Shown piece after piece: positions 9,777 through 19,805 of a DNA stretch of 64,000 nt. Position 1 is the first letter of the stretch. Every line of letters starts with the position of its first letter. The stretch lies in the NCBI GenBank assembly GCA_047602405.1, contig JASGHJ010000002.1:3232001-3296000 (forward strand), given 5' to 3'. The notes below the pieces were generated by a model, which was not told where the DNA came from, made no database searches, and saw only the letters and a list, made by a program, of their open reading frames with translations. The translations under genes and the position numbers were made by a program. The stretch comes from Anaeromyxobacteraceae bacterium. GTDB taxonomy: Bacteria > Myxococcota > Myxococcia > Myxococcales > Anaeromyxobacteraceae.

Positions 9777-11321
9777 TCAGGGCCGGTCGGCGACCCGCGC
9801 GAAGGTGTACTCGAGGGGGTCGATGAACGGCAGCACCCGCGTGCGGAACGCGCGCGCCCGCCCGTCGGCGCCGATCTCGAACGCGACCGGGCTCACCTTG
9901 AACGCCAGCATCCGCCAGGGCGCCTCGAAGACGTCGTTGCCCCAGGGCTCGAGCGTGGCGGCGAGCCCGGGGTGCCAGGGCATCTCGAGGCGGAGCTTCC
10001 CGTCCACGACCGCCACGGCGGCCTCGCCGAGGAGCGCGTTCGCGTAGCGGCCCGCGTACCGCTCGGGCGGGAGCGGCGGGCGGGCGTCCTTCTCGCGCGG
10101 CGGCATCATCGCCGCCTCGGCGTCCTCCTCCGCCTCCTTCACCGCGGCGGCCATCCAGGTCCGGCTCCGCGCGGCGCGCGCCTTCGCGTCGCCGCCGCCG
10201 AGGGCGCGGTCGAGCACGGTCTCGACGGCGAGCTCGTAGAAGCCGGTCTCCGAGTTCGTCAGCACCGCGACGCCGAGGCGCTCGGACGGGATCGTCGCGA
10301 CCGCCGAGAACATCCCGTCCACCGCGCCGGAGTGCTCGACGACGAGCCGGCCCCGCGCGGCGCGCAGCATGAGCCCGAGCCCGGCCGCGCGCAGCGTCGT
10401 GCCCGGGAAGCGCGCGAGGTACGCCGGCGTGAGCCGCTGCGGCGTCGCCGCCGAGCGCATCTCGGCGAGCGCCTGCGCGGGGAGGATGCGCTTCCCGTCG
10501 AGCTCGCCGTCCGCGAGCTGCGTGCGCAGCCACCGGCCGAGGTCGCCCGCGGTCGAGTAGATCGCCGCCGCGGGCGCGTAGGCGCCGAGGCGGGTGTGCG
10601 GGATGGGCCGCCAGGCGCCGCGGAGGAAGGAGTGGGGCGTCGCGAGGTCGACGCCCGGGCCGGGCTCCGGCGGGCCGACGGTGGTGCGGGTCATGCCCAT
10701 CGGCCCGAGGAGCCGCTCCTGGAGCGCGTCCGCCCAGGGCTTCCCGCCCCGCGCCCCGACGACGAGCGCCGCCGCGGTGAACGGCCAGTTGTTGTAGCCG
10801 TACGTGCGGTAGCCGTCCGGCCGGGGCGCGAGGAACTGGATCCGGCGGAGCACCTCGCGCGCGTCGTAGGACGAGCCCCAGGCGACGACGTCCCCCGCCC
10901 AGCGCTCGTAGCCGAGCCGGTGCGAGAGCGCGTCGCGCAGCGTCGCGTGCCGGGTCACCCACGGATCCTCGAGCGCGAAGCCGGGCAACAGCTCCGCGAG
11001 GCGATCGTCGAGCGAGAGCTTCCCCTCGGCGGCGAGCGCGGCGGCGAGCGCGGCGGTGAAGGCCTTCGTGTTCGAGCCGATCGCGAACCGGGTGTCCCGC
11101 CCGACGCGCTCCGGCCGCCCGAGCTCCTTCACGCCGAGGCCGGTCGCGAGCACGACCTCGTCGTCCTTCACGACCACGACGGCCACGCCCGGGACGTGCC
11201 ACTCGGCCCGGTAGCGGTCGAGCTCGTCGGCGAGCCCGGCGACCCACGGCGGCGCCGCCGCGAGCGCGAGGGCGGGCAGGAGCGCGAGGAGCAGGGCGGC
11301 GAGGGCCGGGCGGAGGCGCAT
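9777..11321 (-). CDS. Serine hydrolase (beta-lactamase family) with DUF3471-like C-terminus
   Basis: Signal peptide, FAIGSNTKAFT, YGYNN, HSG, YAGRYANALLG. Confidence 0.9.
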   Translation of the reverse strand: MRLRPALAALLLALLPALALAAAPPWVAGLADELDRYRAEWHVPGVAVVVVKDDEVVLATGLGVKELGRPERVGRDTRFAIGSNTKAFTAALAAALAAEGKLSLDDRLAELLPGFALEDPWVTRHATLRDALSHRLGYERWAGDVVAWGSSYDAREVLRRIQFLAPRPDGYRTYGYNNWPFTAAALVVGARGGKPWADALQERLLGPMGMTRTTVGPPEPGPGVDLATPHSFLRGAWRPIPHTRLGAYAPAAAIYSTAGDLGRWLRTQLADGELDGKRILPAQALAEMRSAATPQRLTPAYLARFPGTTLRAAGLGLMLRAARGRLVVEHSGAVDGMFSAVATIPSERLGVAVLTNSETGFYELAVETVLDRALGGGDAKARAARSRTWMAAAVKEAEEDAEAAMMPPREKDARPPLPPERYAGRYANALLGEAAVAVVDGKLRLEMPWHPGLAATLEPWGNDVFEAPWRMLAFKVSPVAFEIGADGRARAFRTRVLPFIDPLEYTFARVADRP

Positions 11322-11373
11322 GGGCGCGCACGTTAGCCTCGATCGGCCGCCGCGCGAAGCGGGGAGCGGCGGT

Positions 11374-13716
11374 TCAGCCCCGCCGCTCGGGAGCGTCCCC
11401 GCCGACGAGGCCGGGCAGGCTCGGCACCGCCCTGCCGCGTCCGAGCGCCGGGTGCCGCCCGACGAGCGCGCGCACCGCGCCGAGGTCCCCGACGCGGGAG
11501 AGGTGCACGAGCGCGTACCGGGCGACGGCGAGGTCCGCCGGGGCCGAGGCCACGAACGCGCGCACGAGCGGGGTGAGGGCGGCGGTGCCGTGCAGGTACG
11601 CCGCGAGCTCGAAGGTCCGCGCGTAGGCCTGCAGCGCCTCCCCGCCGCGCCCGAGCCCGGCGAGGCACCGCGCCCGCTCGAACTGGGCGAACGGCGCCGC
11701 CTCGGGCAGGTGCGCCACGAGCCACCCGGCGTCCTCCACGCAGCCCTCGAGGTCGCCCCAGCGGGCGCGGGCCCGCGCGAGCGCCCAGCGCGCGCTCGCG
11801 CCGTCGTGGAGCCGCAGGAGCTGCGCCCGGTGCGTCTCGCTCCCCGCGGCGGCCGCGCGGGCGAGCCCGTCGAGCGTGCCGGGGCGCCGCGCGAGCGAGC
11901 GTTCGACGCGCGCCCGGGCCTCCTCCCGGCGTCCGAGCGCGACGAGGCAGTCCGCGGCCAGGAGGTCGGGGTCGAGCGCCGCGTCGTCGAGCGAGGCGGC
12001 GAACCCGGCGGCCGCCGCGCGGTCGGCGAGGGGCAAGGCCGCCTCGTACCGCCCCGCCGCCACCTCGAGCACCGCGAGCAGGTACGCGTCGACGGGATCG
12101 CCGGCGCCGAAGCGCGCCCGCGCGCGCTCCGCGGCCCGCGCGGCCTCCGCCGGCTCGTCCACGCCGAGCGCCCATCCGCGCGGCGAGGTCGGCCAGACGT
12201 GGTCCGGGAACGCGGCCTGCTCGTCGGCGAGTGCCGCCTGCGCCTCCAGGAACCGGCCGGCCCGGCGGAGCTCGGGGACCGCGGAGCGGACGGGCAGCGC
12301 CGCGAGCCGCTCCGCCAGGCGGTCCTCCTGGCGAACCCCGGGGAGCCGCGCCAGCGCGAGCGGCGCCGCCCCGAAGAGCGCGAGCGCCAGGGCGCCGGCG
12401 AGCGGCCGGGCCCGGCCCCCCTCCGCGCGCACCGCCCGGCGCAGCCCCGCCGCCACGGTGGCGAGGCCGACCGCGGCGAGGGCGCACCAGGCGGGGAGCA
12501 CCGCGAGCGCGTAGCGCGTCTGGAAGTAGGTGGCCGCGAAGGCGAGCTCGGCGGCGACGACCCACGCCACGAGGAGCCCGATGCGCCGGCGCGCCGCCAG
12601 CGCCACCGCGAGCCCGCCGAGGCCGAGGAGGACGATCCACCGCCCCGGCACGCCGCGCGCCCGGCCCGCAGCGGCCGCGCGCACCTCCGGCACGTCGCTG
12701 TCGTCGCCGCGGGCGGCGACCGAGGCGAGCAGCGTCCGCCCCAGGCCGCGGAGGAACGCCGCCGGCTCCTCCCGCGCGAACGCGAGCCCCTTCTCGAGCC
12801 AGTAGCGGTCGGCCTGGACGGGCGAGAGCGGGCCGGCGCCGGTGTCGGCGGCGGCGAAGCGGCGGAAGAGCCCGTGCGCCGCGTCGGGCGGGTGGTCCGG
12901 GCGGCCCAGCGCCTCGGCCTCGACGAGCTTCAGGAGCGTCGGGTAGCGGCCGCCGAAGCCGGTGCCCTCCGGGCGGTGGCCCATGAAGAAGACGGGACCC
13001 CAGCTCATCGTGGCGGTGACGGGCTGGCGCACGAGGAGGTGGAGCGCCGCCGGGGGCGCGGCGGCGGCGAGGGCGAGCGCCCCGGCGAGCGCGAGCGGCG
13101 CGCGCACGCGGGATCCGGACGGCCGTTCGTCCCGAGCGTGGGACCGCGAAGCGGGCCGAAGTCGAGGGACGCCCCGGGCGGCGAGCCAGGCCGCCGCGGC
13201 GAGCCCCACGGCGAGCCCGGTCGGACGGAGCGCCGCGGAGAGGCCGAGCAGCGCGCCCGCCGCCACGACGCGCCGGGGCCCGGGGCGTCCCGCGAGGAGG
13301 AGCGCCGCCGCGCACGCGTGGAGCGCTCCGATGAACAGGTCCGGCTCGAGGACCGCGGCGTGCAGGAGCCACGGCTGCGCGAACGCGAGCAGCCCCGCCG
13401 CCACGAGGCCGGCGGAGGGGCCGGCGGCCGCCCGCGCCACGGCGAAGACCGCGACCACGCTCACGCCGGCGGCGAGCGCCTGGCCGACCCGGGCGATGCC
13501 CGGCTCGACGAGGAGGTGCAGCAGGAGGTAGAGCGGGCTCGCGTCGGCCGCCTGCTCCGGCGAGAGCACCCCGGCCACGAGCCCGCTGGCCAGGTTCGGG
13601 TACTTCGCGAAGAGCCACGCGGGGTGGGCGAGGAGCGACGCCGCGGTGCTGGCGATGGCGAGCGCGAGGACGGCGGCGCCGGTGCGCCGCGCGGGGAGGA
13701 GGAACTCCGGGTCCAT
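11374..13716 (-). CDS. Polytopic membrane GT-C/ArnT-like glycosyltransferase with C-terminal TPRs
   Basis: Many TM helices, SPLYLLLH, LSAALRP, FFMGHRPEGTG, YFQTRYAL; TPR-like C-terminus. Confidence 0.65.
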   Translation of the reverse strand: MDPEFLLPARRTGAAVLALAIASTAASLLAHPAWLFAKYPNLASGLVAGVLSPEQAADASPLYLLLHLLVEPGIARVGQALAAGVSVVAVFAVARAAAGPSAGLVAAGLLAFAQPWLLHAAVLEPDLFIGALHACAAALLLAGRPGPRRVVAAGALLGLSAALRPTGLAVGLAAAAWLAARGVPRLRPASRSHARDERPSGSRVRAPLALAGALALAAAAPPAALHLLVRQPVTATMSWGPVFFMGHRPEGTGFGGRYPTLLKLVEAEALGRPDHPPDAAHGLFRRFAAADTGAGPLSPVQADRYWLEKGLAFAREEPAAFLRGLGRTLLASVAARGDDSDVPEVRAAAAGRARGVPGRWIVLLGLGGLAVALAARRRIGLLVAWVVAAELAFAATYFQTRYALAVLPAWCALAAVGLATVAAGLRRAVRAEGGRARPLAGALALALFGAAPLALARLPGVRQEDRLAERLAALPVRSAVPELRRAGRFLEAQAALADEQAAFPDHVWPTSPRGWALGVDEPAEAARAAERARARFGAGDPVDAYLLAVLEVAAGRYEAALPLADRAAAAGFAASLDDAALDPDLLAADCLVALGRREEARARVERSLARRPGTLDGLARAAAAGSETHRAQLLRLHDGASARWALARARARWGDLEGCVEDAGWLVAHLPEAAPFAQFERARCLAGLGRGGEALQAYARTFELAAYLHGTAALTPLVRAFVASAPADLAVARYALVHLSRVGDLGAVRALVGRHPALGRGRAVPSLPGLVGGDAPERRG
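13123..13171 (+). repeat. REP-like palindromic element, copy A (inside a CDS)
   Basis: CCGTTCGTCCCGAGCGTGGGACCGCGAAGCGGGCCGAAGTCGAGGGACG, similar to copies at 55311 and 61948. Confidence 0.8.
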
Positions 13717-13969
13717 GTCCGACGGCCTGGGCACCCCTGGACGAGGACGCGAGGCCCGAAGCGTGACGCGTCCACGCGGGACGTCATCGTCGCGTCCCGA
13801 AGGAATCGACTGGGCGAGTAGGGGCTCGGGGCCGGGCGCGCCCCATAAGGCCGGCGGCCGTCCGCCGGGCGCGCGACGCGGCGAGCACCCGCCCTGCGCG
13901 CGTGCGGAGCGTCCGCGAACCCGCGTGGGCGCGAGCGATCGCGCGCGCGTCCCTCTATGCTAGCCGTGC

Positions 13970-14335
13970 GTGCTGGCCGATGGCTCCATCCTCGTCGTCG
14001 ACGACGACACCGACCTGCGGGAGACCGTGGGCGAGCTGCTCGTGGAGGAGGGCTGGCACCCGCGCCTCTGCGAGAACGGGCGCGAGGCGCTCGACGCGCT
14101 GCGCGGCGGCGAGCGGCCGCGGCTCATCCTCCTCGACCTCATGATGCCGGAGATGAACGGCTGGCAGTTCCGCGAGGAGCAGCTCAAGGACGAGGGGCTC
14201 TCCGACATCCCGGTGGTCGTGATGACGGCGAGCCGCGGGGTCGACGCGCAGCCGCCCATCGCCGCGAGCGAGGTGCTGTTCAAGCCGATCGGGCTCGACG
14301 AGCTCATCGACGCGGTCGCGCGCAACGCGCGGTAG
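13970..14335 (+). CDS. Single-domain response regulator (CheY-like)
   Basis: ILVVDDD, LILLDLMMPEMNG, VVVMTA, FKP. Confidence 0.93.
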   Translation: MLADGSILVVDDDTDLRETVGELLVEEGWHPRLCENGREALDALRGGERPRLILLDLMMPEMNGWQFREEQLKDEGLSDIPVVVMTASRGVDAQPPIAASEVLFKPIGLDELIDAVARNAR

Positions 14336-14391
14336 CCCCTCGCCGACGGCGGCCCTCCCCCGCCGCGCCGCGTGCTAGAACCGCGGCGCGC

Positions 14392-15177
14392 GTGATCGAC
14401 CCCTCGCTCCCCACCATCGCCGCGCTCACCGCCGTCGCCCTCGGCGCCGGGACCATCGACGCCATTGCGGGCGGCGGCGGGCTCCTCACCCTCCCCGCGC
14501 TGCTGTGGGCCGGGCTCCCGCCGCACCTCGCGCTCGGCACGAACAAGGGCCAGTCGGTCTTCGGCTCGTTCGCGTCCCTGACCCGCTACGCGCGCGGCGG
14601 CCTCGTCGCCCGCGACCGCGCGCTCCTCGGGTTCCCGGCCGGGCTCGCGGGCTCGCTCGCCGGCGCGGCGCTCGTGCTCGCGGTTCCCCCGGCGTCGCTG
14701 CGGCCGGTGGTGATCGTCCTCCTCGCCGGCGCGGCGCTCTTCATCGGGCTGCGCGCGCGCGGCGGGGCCGCGGCCGCGCCCGCCGGCGGGCCTCCGGCGC
14801 TCACGGCGCGCGCGGCGGCCGTGCGCACGCTCCTGCTCGCGCTCGGCGTCGGCGCCTACGACGGCTTCTTCGGCCCGGGCACGGGCACCTTCCTCATCGT
14901 CGGCTTCGTGGCGCTCCTCGGCGACGGTCCGGCCCGCGCCTCGGCCGAGGCGAAGGTGGTGAACTTCGCCTCCAACCTCGCCGCGGTGTCGCTCTTCGCG
15001 GCGCGGGGCGTCGTGGTCTGGAAGGTGGCGCTGCCCATGGCCGCGGGGCAGCTCGCCGGCGGCTGGCTGGGCGCCCACCTCGCTTTGCGGCGCGGCGACG
15101 CCCTCGTGCGCCGGGCGGTGGTGGCCACCGCGCTGGCGGTGGCGGCGAAGCTCGCCTGGGATACGTGGTCTCATTGA
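14392..15177 (+). CDS. TSUP/TauE-SafE family transporter (YfcA-like)
   Basis: IDAIAGGGGLLTLP, ALGTNK, YDGFFGPGTGTF, AKVVNFASN. Confidence 0.92.
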   Translation: MIDPSLPTIAALTAVALGAGTIDAIAGGGGLLTLPALLWAGLPPHLALGTNKGQSVFGSFASLTRYARGGLVARDRALLGFPAGLAGSLAGAALVLAVPPASLRPVVIVLLAGAALFIGLRARGGAAAAPAGGPPALTARAAAVRTLLLALGVGAYDGFFGPGTGTFLIVGFVALLGDGPARASAEAKVVNFASNLAAVSLFAARGVVVWKVALPMAAGQLAGGWLGAHLALRRGDALVRRAVVATALAVAAKLAWDTWSH

Positions 15178-15254
15178 CGCACCCGCGGCCGGCGGCTCGC
15201 CCCGCGCGGAACCTCTGCTAGACTCCGCCGCACTTTTCGACCGGGGGGAGCTCC

Positions 15255-16532
15255 ATGGCACGTTTCTCGACCGCAGCCGAGGCGGTCTCCGTCATCAAGT
15301 CCGGCGACCGGGTGTTCGTCCACGGGGTCGCGGCGAGCCCGCGGGTGCTGCTCGAGGCCATGGCGGCCCGCGCGAAGGAGCTCAAGGTGGTGGAGGTGCT
15401 GAGCCTCTGCCAGGTGGGCCCCGCCCGCTACGCCGACGCGGACCTCTCCGAGAGCTTCCGGGTCAACACGCTCTTCGTGGGCCCCTCGATCCGCAAGTCG
15501 GTCGACGAGCAGCGCGGCGACTACGTGCCGGTGTTCCTCTCCGAGATCCCGCGGCTCTTCCGCCAGGGCATCCTGCCGGTCGACGTGGCGCTCGTGCACG
15601 TCTCGCCGCCGGACAAGCACGGCTACTGCTCGCTCGGCATCAGCGTGGACTGCTCGCTCGCCGCGGTGCAGACCGCCCGCACCGTCATCGCGCAGGTGAA
15701 CCCGCGGATGGCGCGGACGCACGGCGACGGGCTCATCCACGTCGACGAGATCGACGACCTCGTGGAGGTCGACGAGCCCCTGATCGAGCTGCCGAAGTCG
15801 CCGCTCTCCGACGAGGAGCGCGCCATCGGCCGGCACTGCGCGGAGCTCGTCGACGACGGCGCCACCATCCAGGCCGGCATCGGCGCCATCCCCGACGCCA
15901 CGCTCCTCGCCCTCTCCGACCACAAGCGCCTCGGCATCCACACCGAGATGCTCTCCGACGCGGTGGTGGACCTCGTCGAGAAGGGCGTCGTGACCGGCGA
16001 GGCGAAGAAGGTCGACACCGGCAAGGTCGTCGCCACCTTCGCGTTCGGCACGAAGCGGCTCTACGACTTCATGGACGACAACCCGCTCGTGAAGATGCTG
16101 GACGTCGCCTACGTGAACGACACCTCCGTCATCCGGCGGAACCCCAAGGTCACCGCGATCAACAGCGCCATCGAGGTCGACCTCACCGGCCAGGTCTGCG
16201 CGGACTCCATCGGCGAGCGGCTGTTCTCCGGCGTCGGTGGCCAGATGGACTTCATCCGCGGCGCGTCGCTGTCGGAGGGCGGCAAGCCCATCATCGCGCT
16301 CCCCTCGACCACCGGCCGGGGCGAGTCGCGCATCGTGCCGCTCCTCAAGCAGGGCGCCGGCGTCGTCACGACCCGCGCGCACGTCCACTTCGTCGTGACC
16401 GAGCACGGCATCGCCGACCTCTACGGGAAGAACCTGCGCCAGCGCGCGGCGGCGCTCATCGCCATCGCCGCCCCGCAGCACCGCGACGCGCTCGCGGCCG
16501 AGGCGCGGCGCCGGTTCGGGCCGAGCTGGTAG
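15255..16532 (+). CDS. Acetyl-CoA hydrolase/transferase family CoA-transferase
   Basis: SPPDKHGYCSLG, IQAGIGAIP, GIHTEM, SGVGGQMDF, VVTEHGIADL. Confidence 0.95.
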   Translation: MARFSTAAEAVSVIKSGDRVFVHGVAASPRVLLEAMAARAKELKVVEVLSLCQVGPARYADADLSESFRVNTLFVGPSIRKSVDEQRGDYVPVFLSEIPRLFRQGILPVDVALVHVSPPDKHGYCSLGISVDCSLAAVQTARTVIAQVNPRMARTHGDGLIHVDEIDDLVEVDEPLIELPKSPLSDEERAIGRHCAELVDDGATIQAGIGAIPDATLLALSDHKRLGIHTEMLSDAVVDLVEKGVVTGEAKKVDTGKVVATFAFGTKRLYDFMDDNPLVKMLDVAYVNDTSVIRRNPKVTAINSAIEVDLTGQVCADSIGERLFSGVGGQMDFIRGASLSEGGKPIIALPSTTGRGESRIVPLLKQGAGVVTTRAHVHFVVTEHGIADLYGKNLRQRAAALIAIAAPQHRDALAAEARRRFGPSW

Positions 16533-16547
16533 CGCGGGCCGCCACGC

Positions 16548-16739
16548 TCAGGAGGAGCGGGGCTCCTCCCCGCTGCCCTCCGGCCGCCCGGCGGGCTCCT
16601 CCCCGGGCGCCTCGCTGGAGCCCTGCACGCCCTCCTCCTCCTCGGTGCCGAAGTAGCCCTCGTCGTAGGGCTCCCGGCGCGGCGGGAGATTGGTGCGAGG
16701 GGCGTCTTCCGGGCGCCCGGTGCGCTTGCGAGTCGGCAT
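16548..16739 (-). CDS. Small acidic, probably disordered protein (63 aa)
   Basis: GGAGG RBS before ATG; MPTRKRTGRP...EPYDEGYFGTEEEEG; fills the intergenic gap. Confidence 0.6.
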   Translation of the reverse strand: MPTRKRTGRPEDAPRTNLPPRREPYDEGYFGTEEEEGVQGSSEAPGEEPAGRPEGSGEEPRSS

Positions 16740-16838
16740 GGCGTGTCCTCCGGCACGAACCTCGTCACGCCCGGGCGCGGGGGAACCCCGTGCCCCGCGC
16801 CGCGGTCGGGGGCAACTTGGCCTGGGGGAGGATCGGCC

Positions 16839-17285
16839 ATGGAGCTGGGCGAGCGGACGGGCGCGGCGCAGGCCGCCCGCGCGAGGCAACGCGCGGACGG
16901 GCACGGGCTGCGCGGGGTGGCGACGCGGGACCTCGTGGGAGAGGTGGCCCGGAAGGCCTCCGAGCTCGTGAAGAAGGAGATCGAGCTCGCGAAGGCCGAG
17001 GTGAAGGCCGACGTCCGCGCCGAGGTGCGGATGGCCGCCGGGCTCGGCGTCGCGGCCGTCTGCGCCATCCTGTTCCTCGCGATGCTGCTCGTCGCGGCGG
17101 CGTTCGGCCTCGCCGCCGCCGGCCTGCCGCCCTGGGCGGCCGCGCTGATCGTCGCGGCCGCCGTGGGCGTGGTGGGTGGGGTCGCGGCCGCGTGGGGCTG
17201 GGCGAAGCGGGTCCGCCGGCCACTCGAGACCACCCGGCGCTCGCTCGAGGAGAACGTCCGATGGGCGAAGGAGCGCCTCGCGTGA
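16839..17285 (+). CDS. Phage holin family / YqjE-like membrane protein
   Basis: GGAGG RBS; SELVKKEIELAKAEV, two TM helices, PLETTRRSLEENVRWAKE. Confidence 0.85.
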   Translation: MELGERTGAAQAARARQRADGHGLRGVATRDLVGEVARKASELVKKEIELAKAEVKADVRAEVRMAAGLGVAAVCAILFLAMLLVAAAFGLAAAGLPPWAAALIVAAAVGVVGGVAAAWGWAKRVRRPLETTRRSLEENVRWAKERLA

Positions 17286-17740
17286 ACGGCCACGTGGATC
17301 CGGTCCGGCGCGCCGAGGAGGAGGTCGGCTCCCTGCGCCGGGAGCTCGGCGCGCTCGTCGGGGAGCTCGACCGGCGCAGGCGTGAGGCGCTCGACGTGCG
17401 GCTGCAGGTGCAGCGCCACCCGGTGGCGGTCGCCATCGCCGCGGGGGTGGTGGTGGTGCTGCTCGGGGGCCTCGTCGCGGTGGCGGTGCGCCGCCGGCGC
17501 CGGCGGGCGACGATCCCGGGCAAGGCGCGCGAGGTCCGGCGCGCCATGGCGCGGCTCCTCGATCGTCCGGACCGGGTGGCGATGAAGCCGGGCGTGACGG
17601 AGAAGGTGCTCGCCGCGGCGGCGACCGCCGCGGCCGCGGCGCTCGCCCGGCGGCTCGTGCAGCGCACGGTCGCCCCGACGCCACCACCCCGGCCGCGCGC
17701 CCGCCGGGACGGGGCGGCGGCGGGCGCGCCGCTGCACTAG
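17282..17740 (+). CDS. DUF3618-like membrane-anchored protein
   Basis: GTGA overlap with holin-family gene; LRRELGALVGELDRR...HPVAVAIAAG, single TM. Confidence 0.7.
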   Translation: MNGHVDPVRRAEEEVGSLRRELGALVGELDRRRREALDVRLQVQRHPVAVAIAAGVVVVLLGGLVAVAVRRRRRRATIPGKAREVRRAMARLLDRPDRVAMKPGVTEKVLAAAATAAAAALARRLVQRTVAPTPPPRPRARRDGAAAGAPLH

Positions 17741-17908
17741 GCCCTGCTCCCGCGCGACGGCGCGGCGTGCGGCCCGGGGGTGGCGACGGCGCGGGACCCG
17801 GCGACGCCGGGCGGTGGTCGGGTGATCGCGGGGCCGGGGTACCTTCCCGGGCCGTGGATGTCGACCCTTCCCGCGGGCGGCCGGTCCTGGCCGCGGGAGG
17901 ATACGAAC

Positions 17909-18605
17909 ATGGCGAACGTCTGGGCGACCAACGCGCCGCTCGCGAACCGCGTGAGCTGGGGTGCGCTCTTCGCGGGCTTCTTCTTCGGCTTCGGGGTGTG
18001 GCTCGTGCTGCTCGCGCTCGGCGCGGGCGTGGGCTTCGCGGCGGTGGACCCGCGCGACCCCGGCCAGTGGCAGAACATGGGGCTCGGCTTCGGCATCTGG
18101 GGCGTGGTCGCCGGCGTCGTGTCGATGTTCCTCGCCGGCTGGCTCGCCGCGCGGATGAGCGCGGCTGACGAGCGCTCCGCGGGCACGCTGCACGGCATGG
18201 CGGTGTGGGGCCTGATGGTGGTGGCGGGGATTCTGGATCGCGGCGACGGCGGTCGGGAAGACCGCGGGCGCCGCGGCGAGCGCGGCGGGCGGCGCGGCCC
18301 AGGCGGCTGGCCAGGCGGCCTCGGACCCCTCGGCCCGGCGCGAGGCGCAGGACCAGGCCGAGCGGCTCCGGGCACAGGCGCAGGGCGCGGTGGACCAGGC
18401 GCGGCAGAACGCCGGGGAGGCCGCGGACACCGCGCAGAAGGCCGGCACCGGCGCGTCCTGGGGCTTCTTCCTGTACGGCGTGCTCACGCTCGTCGCGGCC
18501 GCGCTCGGTGGCCGTACGGGCATCCCTCGCGAGCGCCGGCTGCCCACCGTGCGCGAGGAGGAGCGCGTCCCGCCCGGTGGTCCGCTCTCCCCGCAGCGCG
18601 CGTGA
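17909..18605 (+). CDS. Membrane protein (RVSWGA family); apparent +1 frameshift at 18229-18233
   Basis: GGAGG RBS; RVSWGALFAG, LHGMAVWG; removing one T from GATTC joins the Ala/Gln-rich tail and final TM helix. Confidence 0.75.
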
Positions 18606-18749
18606 GCGGCGGCCCGCGAGCGGATCGGCCGCGCGCGGCCGTCGTGCGCGCGTGGGGGACCGGCCGCGGCGCGGCGCGGCCCGGACAAAGCTCGGGGCCG
18701 CTCGCGAACGGCGGGCGGCCCCGGGTACCTCCAGGGAGACTCGGAAGCG

Positions 18750-19673
18750 CTACGCGATCTGCCCCTCGGGCAGGGCGAACGGCGCGGCCTTGCGGCCCTC
18801 GGCGGCGTCGGCGCCCAGCGTGACGATGCGCCACGCGGACGGGTCGGCGAGGAGCCGGCGCACGAGCGCCTGGTTCATCGCGTGGCCGCTCTTCACGGCG
18901 ACGAGCGTGCCGACGATGGGCAGCCCGGCGAGCGCGAGGTCGCCGATCGCGTCGAGCACCTTGTGGCGCACGAACTCGTCCGGGAAGCGCAGCCCCTCGG
19001 GGTTCAGGATCGCGTACTCGTCGACCACGATCGCGTTCTCGAGGCTGCCGCCCTTCGCGAGGCCGGCCGCCTGCATCCGCTCGATGTCGCGGCGGAAGCA
19101 GAAGGTGCGGGCGCGCGAGATCTCGCGCTCGAAGCTGCGCTCGGTGACGGCGATGCGGAGCGGCTGGTTCGTGATGAGCGGGTGGTTGAAGTCGGCGCGG
19201 AAGTCGATCGTGAAGGCGTCGGAGGGCTCGAGGCGGGCGAGCTTGTCGCCGTCCTTCACCTCGACGGCCTTCTCGACCACGAGGTACCGGCGGGCGGCCT
19301 TCTGCAGCTTCACGCCCGCCTCCTGGACGAGCGCGACGAACGGCGCGGCGGAGCCGTCCAGGATCGGGATCTCGGGGCCCTCGACCTCGACGCGGCAGTT
19401 GTCGATGCCCATGCCGCCGAGCGCGGCGAGGACGTGCTCGACCGTGGCGACGCGGGCCTGGCCCACGCCGATCGTCGTCGAGAGCATCGTGTCCTGCACG
19501 TGCTCGTTGCGCGCCGGGATCTCGATGCCGAGGTCCATGCGCACGAACGTGATGCCGGCGCCGGGCGCGGCCGGGGCGAGCGTCAGCGACGCCGGCTTGC
19601 CGGAGTGGAGGCCCACGCCGGTGCAGGTGACGCGCTTCGCGACGGTGCGCTGGTTCTGGGGAAGGTTCGTCAC
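18750..19673 (-). CDS. lpxC: UDP-3-O-acyl-N-acetylglucosamine deacetylase
   Basis: QRTV, GVGLHSG, TVEHVLAAL, PILDGSA, ARTF, HKVLDAIGDL, KSGH. Confidence 0.97.
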   Translation of the reverse strand: MTNLPQNQRTVAKRVTCTGVGLHSGKPASLTLAPAAPGAGITFVRMDLGIEIPARNEHVQDTMLSTTIGVGQARVATVEHVLAALGGMGIDNCRVEVEGPEIPILDGSAAPFVALVQEAGVKLQKAARRYLVVEKAVEVKDGDKLARLEPSDAFTIDFRADFNHPLITNQPLRIAVTERSFEREISRARTFCFRRDIERMQAAGLAKGGSLENAIVVDEYAILNPEGLRFPDEFVRHKVLDAIGDLALAGLPIVGTLVAVKSGHAMNQALVRRLLADPSAWRIVTLGADAAEGRKAAPFALPEGQIA

Positions 19674-19789
19674 GGTCTCGTTCCGGGCTGCCGGGGGATC
19701 GCTTGCGGGTGCTGCTGGACGGAGGGGACAGCCGTGCCGGGTGGCTTTACTACCCCGAGACGGGAATCCCTCCGAGGGTCCAGATGTTG

Positions 19790-19805
19790 AGCAATCCACG
19801 TGCCA
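19790..19805 (-). promoter_or_regulatory. Sigma-54 (-24/-12) promoter facing lpxC
   Basis: Minus strand TGGCACGTGGATTGCT matches TGGCACG-N4-TTGC(A/T). Confidence 0.75.

Noticed and set aside
16839..17285. Prophage implied by a holin-family gene
   Set aside because: No endolysin, integrase or structural genes; this family is commonly chromosomal
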